Source: Lama guanicoe
Taxonomy: Eukaryota
Length of the DNA: 64,000 nucleotides
Direction: 5' to 3'
Assembly: GCA_013239625.1 (NCBI GenBank)
Contig: MU053652.1
Span: 1,676,001 to 1,740,000 of the forward strand
Numbering within the stretch: position 1 is the stretch's first letter; each line of letters opens with the position of its first letter. The notes under the pieces are model-generated. The model was not told where the DNA came from and did not search any database. It was given only the letters and a program-made list of their open reading frames with translations. Position numbers and translations under genes: made by a program. This document shows, one piece after another, positions 10,188 through 22,577 of this stretch.

Positions 10188-13100
10188 GGGTTATTGTTGT
10201 GGACATTGCACAGAGTCAAGACTTACCTACTTGGCCCATCTATAATGTGCTCGGTGTTTCTTGGATTAAAGAGCTCCTGGTCTCTCCTTGCTTAATATTG
10301 GAGAAGATGTATGAAAAATACAGGATATGTAGGAAAAATATTTTGTAACAACTCCAGATATAGTGTTGGAGATTTTTAAAAAACAAAATCTACTATCAGC
10401 TTCTTTTCCTGTAATTTGCTTTTTTTTCTCAAACTGAAGTTAGAATTGTTCAGTTCCTCCCATTAGTCAGGCTCCAAATGTTTGTATTTCCCTGTATCCA
10501 GTTTTCCTTCAGAGTGAGGGCACTTTTCTCCTTAAATGCAAAGATTCGATTGTGCTCAGCAGATGTCTCTTGGGGTAATTAAATTATCCAAATTTATTAA
10601 ATCATTTCTCTTAACTACAAGTAAATGGAGCCTTCCAAATTAATTTTCCCTGTGTAATTTAGCCCCCAAACGTTCCCCCACTTCCCCTCTGAACTCTGCT
10701 TTTCTGACTCTGAATTCCAAAAAATTCACTCTGGACACAGGCAGGACCACTGGCCCTTGAAAAGGTCCATCCTCCAGGCAGGGAACCCAATCTGGGAGTT
10801 CTGGTTCCAAAGCTGGCCGCTGACTCGGGACCAGCTCACAGACCTCCTTGACAGGGTTCCCCACCATCTGCTCCTCTCTGGAAAAGGCAGAAGTACAGAG
10901 CTGGAATCCTGAGTGGAGGAAGCCATCCTGCAGATTGGTTTGAAAAACACTGATTTTTTTTTTTAAGCCTTCAAATTCATTTCGCAGACTGCCAATTTGG
11001 GGGCTGGCATGTCTTAAACTTATATCATATTGATGATGCATGAGGAGTCACTGAGCATCCATAACTGTAGAGTGATATATGTTTTCATGGCTGAGCTAGT
11101 GGCAGTGATTGGGAGGACCTTGGCCATCACAGAAAGCTCGTAAGGAGTGGCCCTGTTGCAGATATGCTAGGAGGAGCCCTTGGATCCTTTCTAAGCTCTT
11201 CATCTTCTATTTTCAGGTAGGTACAGGATATACCCTCACATGCATGACTGTCTTCCCTCTCCAACACCTACACACACATTTGTGTCATAAACATGCACAC
11301 GTACCTAATCCCATGCGTACCTGTGTGCACCATGCGTGCTGAGGTGTAGCTGTGCATGCACACTTCGGAACCAGACCCTGTCTTTGCACTCAAGCCTGAG
11401 GCTGGTCCTCCCTGTTCTCTGCCCTCTTGGCCTGAGCCCCAGCCACGTCTCTCTGGGAAATTAGCAGCACGCCATCTAATCAGTTTGCGTCTGACTCGCC
11501 CACTTTGACTTCGAGATGATGACAGAGTGGAGCTATTTAGCTGTCAACTGCTCTGACTATTGCCCAGATGGACAGCGCCTCAAACATCAGAGTGGTTTCT
11601 TTCTCCCCCATGTGCCGGGGGTGGTAATGAGCCTCCCAGTTGCTTTTTTAAGTGCTTCATGCATCTGCCTTTAATTTTAATGCCTCTTGCCTGCTGACCT
11701 CGCTTCCCGGCAGCCAGCCTAAGTGTGATTCCCATAATTAGCTTAGTGATAATTTAATCTCTCTGCTTTAAATTTGATTGTTTTTGAGGGACCTGGGTCT
11801 GAGGATAGGGGAAAGGGGAACTCTGCTGCTTGCTTGACCTCTAATTTTTGTCTGGACTCTTTCTCTGACCAGGGCAGGATCAGAGGGAAATAGCTGGGTT
11901 GAGTGAGGAGACACCGGGAGAGAGAGGCTCTTGGCATCATAGATTCTAGAAAGGAAGCAAAACGAAGCTTTTCCTTCCTTCCCTTTCTTATAGGGAATTC
12001 CCTTTCTTTGTCCCCATTTCTCCCCCAGAATATGAAGGCGTGTGAATGAGAGTAGACAAAGCACTTTAAGATGCTTGGTGAGGAGTAGTTTGAAAATGGA
12101 AAAATAATAAACTTCCTCGGTGGCCACGGCAACCATTCTCTTAAGCCAGAGGAAGGTGAGAAGGAGCAACGGGAGCCATCAGATGCCTCCCTGCTGCTTC
12201 CCGCGTCTGCGCCTAGGCATCCTCACACCCAAGGGTCTGCCCAGGTCTGTATCAGGGGATGCTCATGCCTCTAAACTGTTAAAACCAGGCCAGCACATTA
12301 CAGGAAGAGTTGGAACCGACAGCTGGGAAATCTCGACTTTGTTGCTGGCTGCACTCCTGATTTTGGACAAATCGTTTATCTACACATATTTCACCTTCTG
12401 AGCAACGAGCATATTAATGTATGCTCCCTCCGTCTCTCGTATGAATGAGCTGAGGGTAATAGGACTTCACATCTGTGGAGCATTCCTTGATTCAGTAGAA
12501 GGGAAAAACAAATAAAAATTAAGAAGATGGTGAGGATCTAATGATTTTCTGTGCTTAGTAAACTTCTAAAGAGAGTCTTCAGGCTCCATGGATATAAAAT
12601 AAACACCCACGTGAACCCAGGCAGGGCAGATGAGTAGAGGGTGGTAGGTCTCCAGGGGCAACCTCAGAGGCTCCCAAGAGATGCACTCACCAGTCCTTGT
12701 GGGATTTGTGTATGCATGCACACACACATCAAGATCTCTTTGGAAGAACTTCAGGAAGCCACCCTCGGCTACTCCCTGGGTTGCCACTCCATGCAAGATG
12801 CTGTAACAGGGTGAGTACCTTGGCAAAGGGAAGAGGGCATGGACAGGGCACGCTCAGCTGTGAAGAGCTTGGGATTCCTCCTACCGCCTCCTGCAGCCTG
12901 GAAACAAGGTCTTTGATTTATGAGCTAACTTTTAATTAAAAGAACAGCAGAAAAAAAAATCTCATTTTGCCTCTCCAGGATAAATGGTTCACAGTCTGAA
13001 CTAATTTTGTCTCTTCTCCGAATGCCCCAGTGCTGCAGGAGTGTGTGCACGTGCGTGTGTGTGTGCATCCGTATGTGTCATGGGATGGTGGTCCCCCTCT

Positions 13101-15248
13101 AAGGATTCTTTGCTACCACGGCTGACCCCACCTCTACCCTGTGGGTCCTGCTGTGAAACCCGAACACAGCTTCTTGCCCTGTATGACAATTTCTCTTTGC
13201 AGATGTTTTTCTAACATCTTTACTTGAAAAGATGCTATCAGTTCCGTTCTAAGCTGCTTGTAGAACTCTCTTTCTTTCGGCCACAGTGATGTCTACACTG
13301 TCTTTGGCGGAAGAGATTTTATTTTGGTGGTCACCCAAAATTCTCAGTACGTTTTGACTTATTCCTCTAACGGCCCCTCATTACCTCCCGTCGGCACATC
13401 CCAGTGTGGAGCTGATCAGTCTCATAGCCCGTCTTCTCCGGGAGCTGATCTTCTCTAACAGGACTGAATCTAACACGGAACTACCCCTGGTGGGCTTGAA
13501 TGTCAACTTGGCCTTTGTTGTATCACAACATTTATTCTCCATCACTGTCCGTCACCTTTAGCAGTGTGATACGGACCGCTCTGTTCTGTGGGTCCTGCCT
13601 TCTAGAAGTACCTATGTTTATTTGATATTTAGAAATATATTTCTTTCTATTTGAGAGGCTTCAAGTCCATTCTCTTAGTATTTTCATACCTCCCTCCATT
13701 AGGAAGGTTTATGGAGCCCTGTCCACTGGCAGGAGAAGCAGGAGCCAGGGGTCCTCAACCCAGACAAAGGTCCCACCTGCCAGTGCCCTCCTGGGACTTT
13801 GGGGCAGCACTGGGGGAGTCACTGGCTTCTTGGCTCTAGAGAAAGAATCTGCCCATGAAACACACTGAAAAACCTCAGGAGAGCTGACCAGCAAAAGTCT
13901 CCAGCTAAGATAAGCCAGAAGACCAACTACAGGGCCACGGAGAGGTGGCCTGAGCCAGTGGCAGGAGTTTGGGTTTGCATATGGTGATGAATTCTCATCC
14001 TTCTTTGCCGCTGACTCACTTCAAGGGACAAGGGACAGTTACCCCCCTCCCATCCTTTGCAGAGCTTCAGTCTTATTTGCAGTGAACAACAGAGGGCGTG
14101 AGCTCCAGCCCTGCCCCCCGTTCTGCCGCCGCTGCATTTATAAATACTCTATCACAGAATGTCCTGGTATCAGCACGAGGGGAGGTTCACAGGGCCATCA
14201 GCCACCACCTCACAGAATGTTCCTGCTCGTCGCTCATCTCAGACAAAGCCAGTTGGTATCTGTGGACTCGCCTTAAAGAGCCAGCTCACAGTACCTGGGG
14301 TCTCTGGGCTGGGGGAGAGCAGGATGGCAGCACCTCAGGCTGCACCCAGCCTGCCACCTGCCGCACGCCCTGGCCGTCACCTGCACCTGCTCCTCTTGGG
14401 TGAGCTGAGGGAGGGACCCCCACGCCCTTCACTTACTTTATGGTACCAGCAGTGACGTCCACTTTCCAGCTTGTCAAAGTGATGTTTCCCAGAGCGCTCT
14501 GAGGCCCTGGGGCTGTTCTGCAAGATGAGATCATTGGTGCTAAATTTGTCTTTGCTGACAGCCCAGAACTGGGTTCCAGGGACCCTTGGCAGGCTTGGGA
14601 GGTCGGCGGTGGGGGGCGAGTCCCGCATGGGCCCCAACACCTGCCACCACTGTGGTCTGTCGAGAGGGGCTTCCTTCTCTGACAGTTCTCACCTCTCTGC
14701 TTTCAGCTTCCCAGGTGCCCTGTTCTGAAGATTTGCTTTTGTGCCCACGACCCCACCTCAGTCCTGGCAGCTTAAAAAGCCAGCACAAAAGCCAGCTTAG
14801 AGAGTGTGCCCAGACTTGGGAGAAATGGCATGTGGCTCTCTGGTTTGCCCTTGCCTGTGGACAGTTGTCTTGCATTGCAGGCACTGATGGTTGAGGTTTT
14901 TCAAGTCCACTGCTAAGGATGAGAGTGGGGTTGGGTACCAGAGCCTCCTCACACTCCCGGATGTCTGTAATCTGTGGTTCAGACAAATGAGCTTGGAGCT
15001 TGAAGGGTCCCAGGAGCTAGAATCAAGGCTCAGGAGTTTCGTTAAGGAGCCAGGGCCATTTGAAGCTGGAGGAGAGGACAGGCTGCTGCTCTCCTGGCCA
15101 GGGGGCTGGGCCAGAGCTCCATGGTACCAGGGGAGGCCCACAAGCTTCCTGGCTGGGAGGACTCAGCCCGTCGCACCTTCAGAGGAGTCGAACCCCAGGG
15201 GAATGAAGGGAGGGAGTGCAGACAGCTCACCAGGGCCCAGCACTGCAG

Positions 15249-15734
15249 TGTATGCGTTTCGTTCCACTGCTGTGACAGGTTGCTAACTTAAAACAATGCA
15301 AACGTATTGTCTTATAATTCTGCCCCAAGTCTGACACTCACTGGGCTAAACTCAAGATGCCAGTGGAGCTGTACTCCTTTCTGGAAGTTCTGGGGGGAGA
15401 ATCTGTTTCCTTGCCTTTTCCAGCTTCCAGCGGCTGCCCACATTCCTTGACTCATGGCCCCTTTGCTCCGTGTTCAGAGTCAGCCATGCGGCAGCTCTCT
15501 GACCCTTCATCTGTAATGCGCCTCCTACTAACCACAGCTGGAGAAGGGTCTCTACTCTTAAGGACCCGTGTGATTGGATTGGGCCCCCTGGATAATCTAG
15601 GCTACTCTCCCCATTTCAAGGTCCTTACCTTCATGACCCACCAAATCCCCTTTTCCATGAGAAGTAACATAATCTCTAATTCTGGAGATTAAGATGTGGA
15701 CATCTTTTGGGGGACCATTATTTTGTCTACCACA
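15249..15734 (-). mobile_element. MLT1D-like ERVL-MaLR solo LTR
   Basis: GGAGAATCTGTTTCCTTGCCTTTTCCAGCTTC...TTAAGGACCC.TGTGATT..ATTGGGCCC...GGATAATC...GGACATCTTTTGGGGGACCATTATT...CTACCACA; GCAG on both flanks is a possible TSD remnant. Confidence 0.9.
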
Positions 15735-17612
15735 GCAGCGATCGCTCTGTCACATCTGCAGGATTGCTGGGGAAGAAGTGTGCGGTTGGAGATTTGGGGA
15801 GGCATTTGGGGATCAAATATGACCAAGGGGAGGTCCACATCCAAAGAGAAGATGAGAACAGTTTTTAAAAGACTGAAAATCCCAGACTTTTCCATGGCTC
15901 CCAGGCAGAGCTCCTCCCATCCCAGCCAGATAGGGTGAGGACAGCTCGCCATGTTTCTGAGCCCAGGGAGTTCCACCGATCAAGACAACTTTTGGCTTCC
16001 TCTCTTGGACATTGGGATGAGAGGGGCCCCTCTGTGAACTTACCAGTTTCAATGACTTTGGGGTTTCGTTATATGTGAGTTTTTTTCCTTGATTTCAGGA
16101 GAGCTTTTGAAAAAAAAAAAACTTTCGGAAAGCTCACTTTTGTCTTAATTTTACAAAGCAGAAAAGGGTTTGGTTCCTCCAGTGTGTACAGCAGCTCCCA
16201 AAGCCCAGTGGGAAGATCTGGAACAAAACTTGTCAGCACATAGGGCCAGTTGTGACAGCTGCCAACAGTGCCCCCTCCCCCAAAGGGGAGTCGCCATTGA
16301 CCTTGATTATATACCAGTCAAGGGAAACCGTGATTGGCCGGGCTTATGTTTGTGTGTTTGTTTTTGTTTCCTGCCTGTAATCTCCCAGCACCACCAGCAG
16401 CTTCTACTAAGGTTCATTGTTGAGTAAGACATGATTTTAGGCCTTGTGCAATGACCAAACAAGAGGAAAAATGGCCTTTATGTCCTTGGTGATTTGAGAT
16501 GGGCAGAGTGAGTTAGAATGGACTGATGGATTATTCAGAACAGATTGAAATCTGTCTTCAATCCCAGGCTTCATCCGGCAGGGCTGTGGAGGGACCAGAG
16601 CGGCCAAAAGATGAGAAAAAAGTGAGCTGCTGCTGCGTGTTGCATCCTTGGCTACCCACACCTTACAGGGAGCAGTAACCTGGCCCTCGCAGCAACCCAG
16701 CATGGTGGTGCTTTGGCTGCAGTTTCACCCATGAAGAATCTTAGATCCAGAGAGGCAGGGTGCTTGTTGGCACAAAGACTCCAAAACCCATGCCCTTCTA
16801 GTACATTGTGCTATCTCTGTCTTTATGGATATAAATGACTTTTTTTTCCCTTTTTGCCTATGTACATTTTAGAGCTCAGTTTGGCTTTCCCACCAAATAT
16901 CCAGCTTTGTGTAGGGGTGAGGTTGGGGCGTATGGGGAATGTGAGGCTGCAGAAGGGAACACTTGGTACTAATGTTGTTGGGTAGCTTTTCATGCTGGAA
17001 GCTTCTAAGTGTCCCAAGGCCTGTGTTCTGAGCCTCCAAGAGAGGGGGCCTTTTCTCTCGAAATCCCTGGACTCCCACCACAGGCTTCTGTGTTGCGGGA
17101 CTGATCTCAACTGGGCTTGTGAAAATGAACAGCTGACGTGTTATAGAGTGCCTTTTCTCTTCAAATGTGTGTGTAACAGTACGTGCATGAGTGCAGTGTG
17201 TGGGGGCAGGGAGCGTCCCTGGAAAAGCTGAAGAGGACCTCTTTCCCATTTTTAGTGACTTGTTTTACAGCTTTGCTCCGCCTTGCTTCTCATCTCGTTC
17301 TGCTTCTCCTGTTCCTGTGGGAAGAGGGAGAGAGGTCGGAGGGTAGCAGGCATAGAAAGGGACACTAGAACATTGTTTGGGCCTAGGACCGCCTCATCCA
17401 CTTTCTCACCATGAGGCCCGGACTTCCCCATCTGACCTCAGCTCTTTGGATTGCTGAGATGAGAAATTTTTTCCCCTTCGCTGTTCACTGGTGTTGAGTG
17501 TGCCAACCAATAGCACTATTAGGACAAATTATTTGTGTAGAATATATGTGATGTATGTATAAACATTCATTTACAAAATGACAAATAGGGACAGTTTCTA
17601 ACTGGAGTCTTG

Positions 17613-18332
17613 TTTTTTTTTTAATATTCTTTTTCATTGTAGTAAGTCAGTTTATAATGTGTCAGTCTCTGGTGTACAGCATAATGTTTCAGTCATACAT
17701 ATACATACATATATTCCTTTTTGTATTCTTTTTCATGATAGGTTACCACAAGATGTTGAATATAGTTCCCTGTGCTGTACACTATAAACTTGTTGTCTAT
17801 TTTATATATAGCAGTTAGTATCTGCAAATCTCGAATTTGCAATTTCTCCTTTCCCACCCCCTTTACCTCCTGATAACCACAAGTTTGTTCTCTATGTCTG
17901 TGAGTCTGTTTCTGTTTTGTAAACAAGTTCATGTTTTTTCTAGATTCCATAAGCAATATCATATTTTCCTTTCTCTTTCTGGCTTACTTTACTTAGAATG
18001 ATGATCTGTAGGTCCGTCCATGCTGCTGCAAATGGCAATATTTTATTCCTTTTTATGGCTAAGTAGTATTCCATTATATATGTATGTTTGTGTGTGTATA
18101 TACACATATACACACACACATGTATGTGTGTGTGTATATATATATACATACACATGTGTGTTTATATATGTACATACACCCACCCCACATCTTCACTATC
18201 CAATCATCTTTTGATGGACATTCAGGTTGTTTCCATGTCTTGGCTATTGTAAACAATGCTGCTGTGAACACTGGGGTGCATGTGTCTTTTTGACTTTTAT
18301 TTTTCTCTGGATATATGCCCAGGAGTAGGATT
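17613..18332 (-). mobile_element. 5'-truncated lineage-specific LINE-1 (3' UTR plus end of ORF2), camelid-like
   Basis: Poly-T at 17613 followed by L1 3' UTR. ORF track 18074-18271(-) MFTAALFTIAKTWKQPECPS..WI.KMW and 17940-18155(-) MEYYLAIKRNKILPFAAAW match the L1 ORF2 C-terminus. Degenerate TSD TAACTGGAGTCTT / TAAATAGAGTATTCTT ends at a TCTT/AA endonuclease site. Confidence 0.95.
18075..18180. repeat. Compound (TA)/(CA)/(TG) microsatellite expanded inside the L1
   Basis: Directly visible alternating purine-pyrimidine tract interrupting the L1 ORF2 remnant. Confidence 0.95.
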
Positions 18333-20059
18333 TAAATAGAGTATTCTTAATATGACTTAAAAGTTTTCAACAATACCCTGTGTATGTGTGCATGTCAGTC
18401 ATTTAAAGCCTTACAGTTTGAATGTAAAGATTTTCCTAACTCCATGGTAATTACTTCAAACTTCTTTAAGCCCAGTTGATACCAGACTATAGAATTTTCT
18501 GCCAGCTTTTCCAGAGAGTTGAGAAGGAGGGGCTCTTCCAACTCAGTCTTGCCAGGATTGATGGGGGAAGCACACCCAGGTGTACCCAGGGAAGCCGCCA
18601 ACCAGCCAGGTGGAGTCTGGGTGTGTACGAGTGTGTGAGAACCATGTATAATTACCTCAAATGGCGTTAGAGGGGACAGGTGTTTCATTAAATCTGTGGG
18701 ATTTGGAACATTTTAACTATGCCGTGGTGGGATGCTGGCATTCCAAAGTGAGCTAGCAAGGATCCCACTGCCAAGAAGCTGTATTTCTCAGCAGCACTGT
18801 CATCCAGGGATGGTATATTTTACCACTTGGATACCACTGTCCTGAAAGATGAGATTATTTACTAGAAAGACTCTGAAACAGTGTCCTCCCAGACCACCTA
18901 TGGGAATGTTCTCATGGGCCATACTGGAACAGACTGAAAGTCTGGTCCCTGGCTCACCACTTTTACACTTCATGATCTGGGGCAGTAATCTTCGCCTCTC
19001 TGTGTTAATTTCCCCAGCAGAAATGGGACTTGTGAAGCAGATCTTTGAGGAAGCACTTGATGAGAGCAGCCTATGAGTGCACCAGTTTTCAGAGCCTGGG
19101 ATTGATGGGCCAAGTTGGCTGAAGCAGGGAGGTAATGAGGCCAAGATCTTTCACGTGCCCCACTGCAGGGGGACAGCAAACAGCTCTGGCTCATGGCCTC
19201 AGGCAGAACCCCGAGCTCTTGCCTAATGGGTCACAGAAGTCTGTGACTGATGCAGCTCTGGAAAACGAATGCAAGCCCTGTGTCCTGTCCATGGCGGCCA
19301 GGGAGCCTCGCCTTCTTTGGCCCAAGACCAGCCAATCTACAAAGCTGGGGGGATGACTCCAGGGAGGGGGACTGGGAGCATCTTCTCTTGTTTGGTTACT
19401 TGATGAATCAGGAGACAAAGGAACAGACAGGAAAATCAGGGGCTGTGGGACCTCAGCCTCTTCCCCACCAGTAACTTCTCAGGCGGACTTGCAGGTTTCC
19501 CATGTATAAAACAAGTGGTGGGTGGTTGACTGGCAGGGCTGTTTAGGGCGCTGCTAATAAGTATGATGGCTAGCTAAGGGAGGGTGACAGTGCAAGTTTC
19601 TCGAAGAGGCTACAACACATTCCAGACAGGTGATTCCCCTCCCCTCCCCACTCCCACCCTCCTCCCCTACGGAAGTCTCCTACTCAGAAAGCGGAGAATT
19701 TGTGAACAGGCAACTGCGTTCAGGACCATACTCATTTAGGCTTCTTGATAACTGACTTGGCAGTTTGACTTTATGAGAAGAGCACAGAGGGGAACTTAGA
19801 AAATGCTTACAAAACCACCAAAGGAGGGCCATGGAGGGGTCAGGGAAAGGAAAAGATGGAAGAGATTGAAATGGGGTGAATGTCCCATGGGAAGGGGGTT
19901 GCACCTAGAGACAATTGCTTCTGGGATGTTGTTCACTTCCTGTGGCCACCTTGGGAGCCTGGGTTACCCACCCCATGCTCCTCAGTTAGTGGGGCTGAGC
20001 CCAGTGGGGCTCACTGCAGGGGAAATTTATCCGGGACTTCTCAGGACAACATTTGATGC

Positions 20060-20283
20060 ATGCTTGCTAAGTGTGGACACTGCTCTGAATGATGTGCATC
20101 GATTAATTGATTCAATTCTCAAAACTGCCCTACAAGATAAATATGCTTGTTACTTCCAAGGGTGCTTGAGGACATTGAAGCCCAGAGAAGTTAAGTAGCT
20201 AACCCAACACTATGTGACTAGAGCAGGGAGGCAGGATACAAATGCCCCGTCCTCCAGAGCCCATGCTTGTGCCCACCATGCTG
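20060..20283 (-). mobile_element. MIR SINE
   Basis: ATTCAATTCTCAAAACTGCCCT...TGAGGACATTGAAGCCCAGAGAAGTTAAGTAGCT...CTCCAGAGCCCATGCT. Confidence 0.8.
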
Positions 20284-21567
20284 TGTTGGTCTCAGGCTGG
20301 CCCACTGTGCTCTTCCATGCCTGCAGCCTCCCAGAAACATCAGATGTTACCCTCTGCTTCATAGTCATCCCTCCGACTGAAATAGACCCTCTTCCTTGCA
20401 TTCTCCTTGCCCTGAGATCTTTGGTAGCCAAGTGATGATGGATGACTCTCTGGCTATTGGTTGATGGCTTCAGTCTTTCCATGTCCTGGGGGCAAAGCTG
20501 GGCCAAGTGGCTCCCATTGGCTTCCCTCCAGAGGTTTCCCAAGTTGAGACCCAGCCCCAGCCATGTGGGTACCGGGGACGGTAGCCTATTGTTGCTCGTG
20601 TGCTTTCTATGCCCTTTGAGGAGGATGCTCTCTGGTTCTAACCTGGCACCTCTGCTTTCGGAGAACCCCTCCTCTTTTTCTGAAACTATGCATTTCAGAA
20701 GAAGCAGATGGGCTCCTGGGTGCTATTCCAGCCCCTCTCTCCTCCAGCTCCACAGGGAATTTTCTCCTTCTGGTCTTTCTGCTTTCCTTCCTTCCCCCAA
20801 ATCTTCTGCCCCTGTATCTTCCAAGTCTGTGAGAGCACTTTGCTCATTTGGGCTCATCTGGCCTGAACTCCTGGTCCCCACGGTGTGGTACCACAGCACA
20901 TGAGACAGGAAGAAGGGCTTTTTCTGTGAATGAGACAATTCCTTGTCCTCAGGTCCAGAGAAATTTTGGATGGTGTTACTGTTGGACTGCATTTTCTCCT
21001 TTGGAAAGCACTGTCATTATTTGGGTGGGGGAAGAGGCCCTTAGGTGACTTCAGTCCAGGGACCAAGAACCTCTTTCTCCAAACTTCAGTCATGATTCTT
21101 ACAAGCCTCTAGAGCAAAGATTTTGAAGCTTTTTAGACAGAGAACTTTTTCTTCAAATAAAACCTTATGAAGAAGTTGAACATAAAACTAAGTAGGTCAG
21201 GTTGAAGTCGGTGGAGTAAGTGAGGGGAAGAGGTAAGTGATTTTAGAGCTTCCCTCTCCATCTTCCCAGTGGCTCTCAAGACTCCTAGGACACCTCATGG
21301 ATTGTAGGAAGCCCTACGGAGTACAACAGGAAGCCCCCCCCCTACAAAGATGCCTTGTGGGTGGTCTGGACTGGATGATGAAGTCATCCTGGTGTTTGGG
21401 CTGTGTCCTGTGTCCTGTGTCCTCTGGGCAGAGGTGGGAAATGGGGCAGGCAAGTCTATAAGGGAATGAAAAGAGGGAGAGGATCTTCCATTGATTCTCC
21501 GTTGCACCTTCACAGTAGGTGACACTTGGGCTCCCTGGGGCTGCATCAAGCTTTGAGTGATGGTTTG

Positions 21568-22151
21568 TTTTTTTTTTTTTAAAGTTAAACAGTTCTTTTT
21601 GCTGTGAGCTATCACAAGATCTTGTATATATTTCCCTGTGCTGTACAGTATAATCTTGTTTATCTATTCTGCATATGTCTGTCAGTATCTACAAATTTTG
21701 AGCTCCCAGTCTGTCCGTTCCCACCCTCCTCCCCTTTGGCAACCACAAGTTTGTATTCTATGTCTATGAGTCTGTTTCTGTTTTGTATTTATGTTCTTTT
21801 TTTTTTTTTTTAAGATTCCACAAATGAGTGATTTCATATGGTATTTTTCTTTCTCTTTCTGGCTTATTTCACTTGGAATGACATTCTCCAGGGCATCCAT
21901 GTTGCTGCAACTGGCGTTATGTTGTTGGTTTTTATGGCTGAATAGTATTCCGTTGTATAAATATACCACATCTTCTTTATCCAGTCATCTGTTGATGGAC
22001 ATTTAGGCTGTTTCCATGCCTTGGCTATTGTAAATAGTGCTGCTATGAACATTGGGGTGCAGGTATCTTTTTGAAGTAGGGTTCCTTCTGGATATATGCC
22101 CAGTAGCAGAATTACTGAATCATATGGTAAGTCTATTCCTAGTCTTTTGAG
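21568..22151 (-). mobile_element. 5'-truncated young LINE-1 (3' UTR plus end of ORF2), camelid-like
   Basis: Poly-T at 21568-21580. ORF track 21864-22052(-) MFIAALFTIAKAWKQPKCPSTDDWIKKMWYIYTTEYYSAIK matches the L1 ORF2 C-terminus. TSD TTTGAGTGATGGTT (21552-21565) / TTTGAGTGATGATGGTT (22146-22162), then CTT/AA. Confidence 0.96.
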
Positions 22152-22577
22152 TGATGATGGTTCTTAAGGGGAAACCAGTCCTCCAGAAATGTCTTAAGTG
22201 TGATTGGGTATCTCTGTTAGCTGGGTATCTCAGGGCTATGAGGACAGTGGCTGTTGGCCAGGCCACATTTGTCTTGAGAATGAGGTGTTTCCATCTGAGA
22301 AACATCCTTGAAGATGGATTCTGGGCCATGAGCCAATCAGAACGGTGTCAGCCGAGCTTGTGCAATAGAGTACCTGAGCAACTAGGGTTCTTTTAACCCT
22401 GCTGAGAAGGGCAGGGCAAACTTGGGACGATGTTCATTTTGGTAATCAATAAAAGTTGTGTTGGCAAATGTCACCTGCATCACTATCACCACCAGATGCT
22501 TAGGGACCCCCTCTAACATTTCAGTCCCATGCTACAATTTGCAAAGCTGCTTCGTAGGTTACCACATTTAAATGGCA

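Noticed and set aside
11560..11579. REST/NRSE-like GGACAGCGCC
   Set aside because: Only the right half-site is present; the TTCAGCACC left half is absent at canonical or nearby spacing.
21682..22052. ORFs with clear protein similarity (also 17693-18271)
   Set aside because: These are frameshifted C-terminal remnants of L1 ORF2 and translations of the L1 3' UTR, not host genes.
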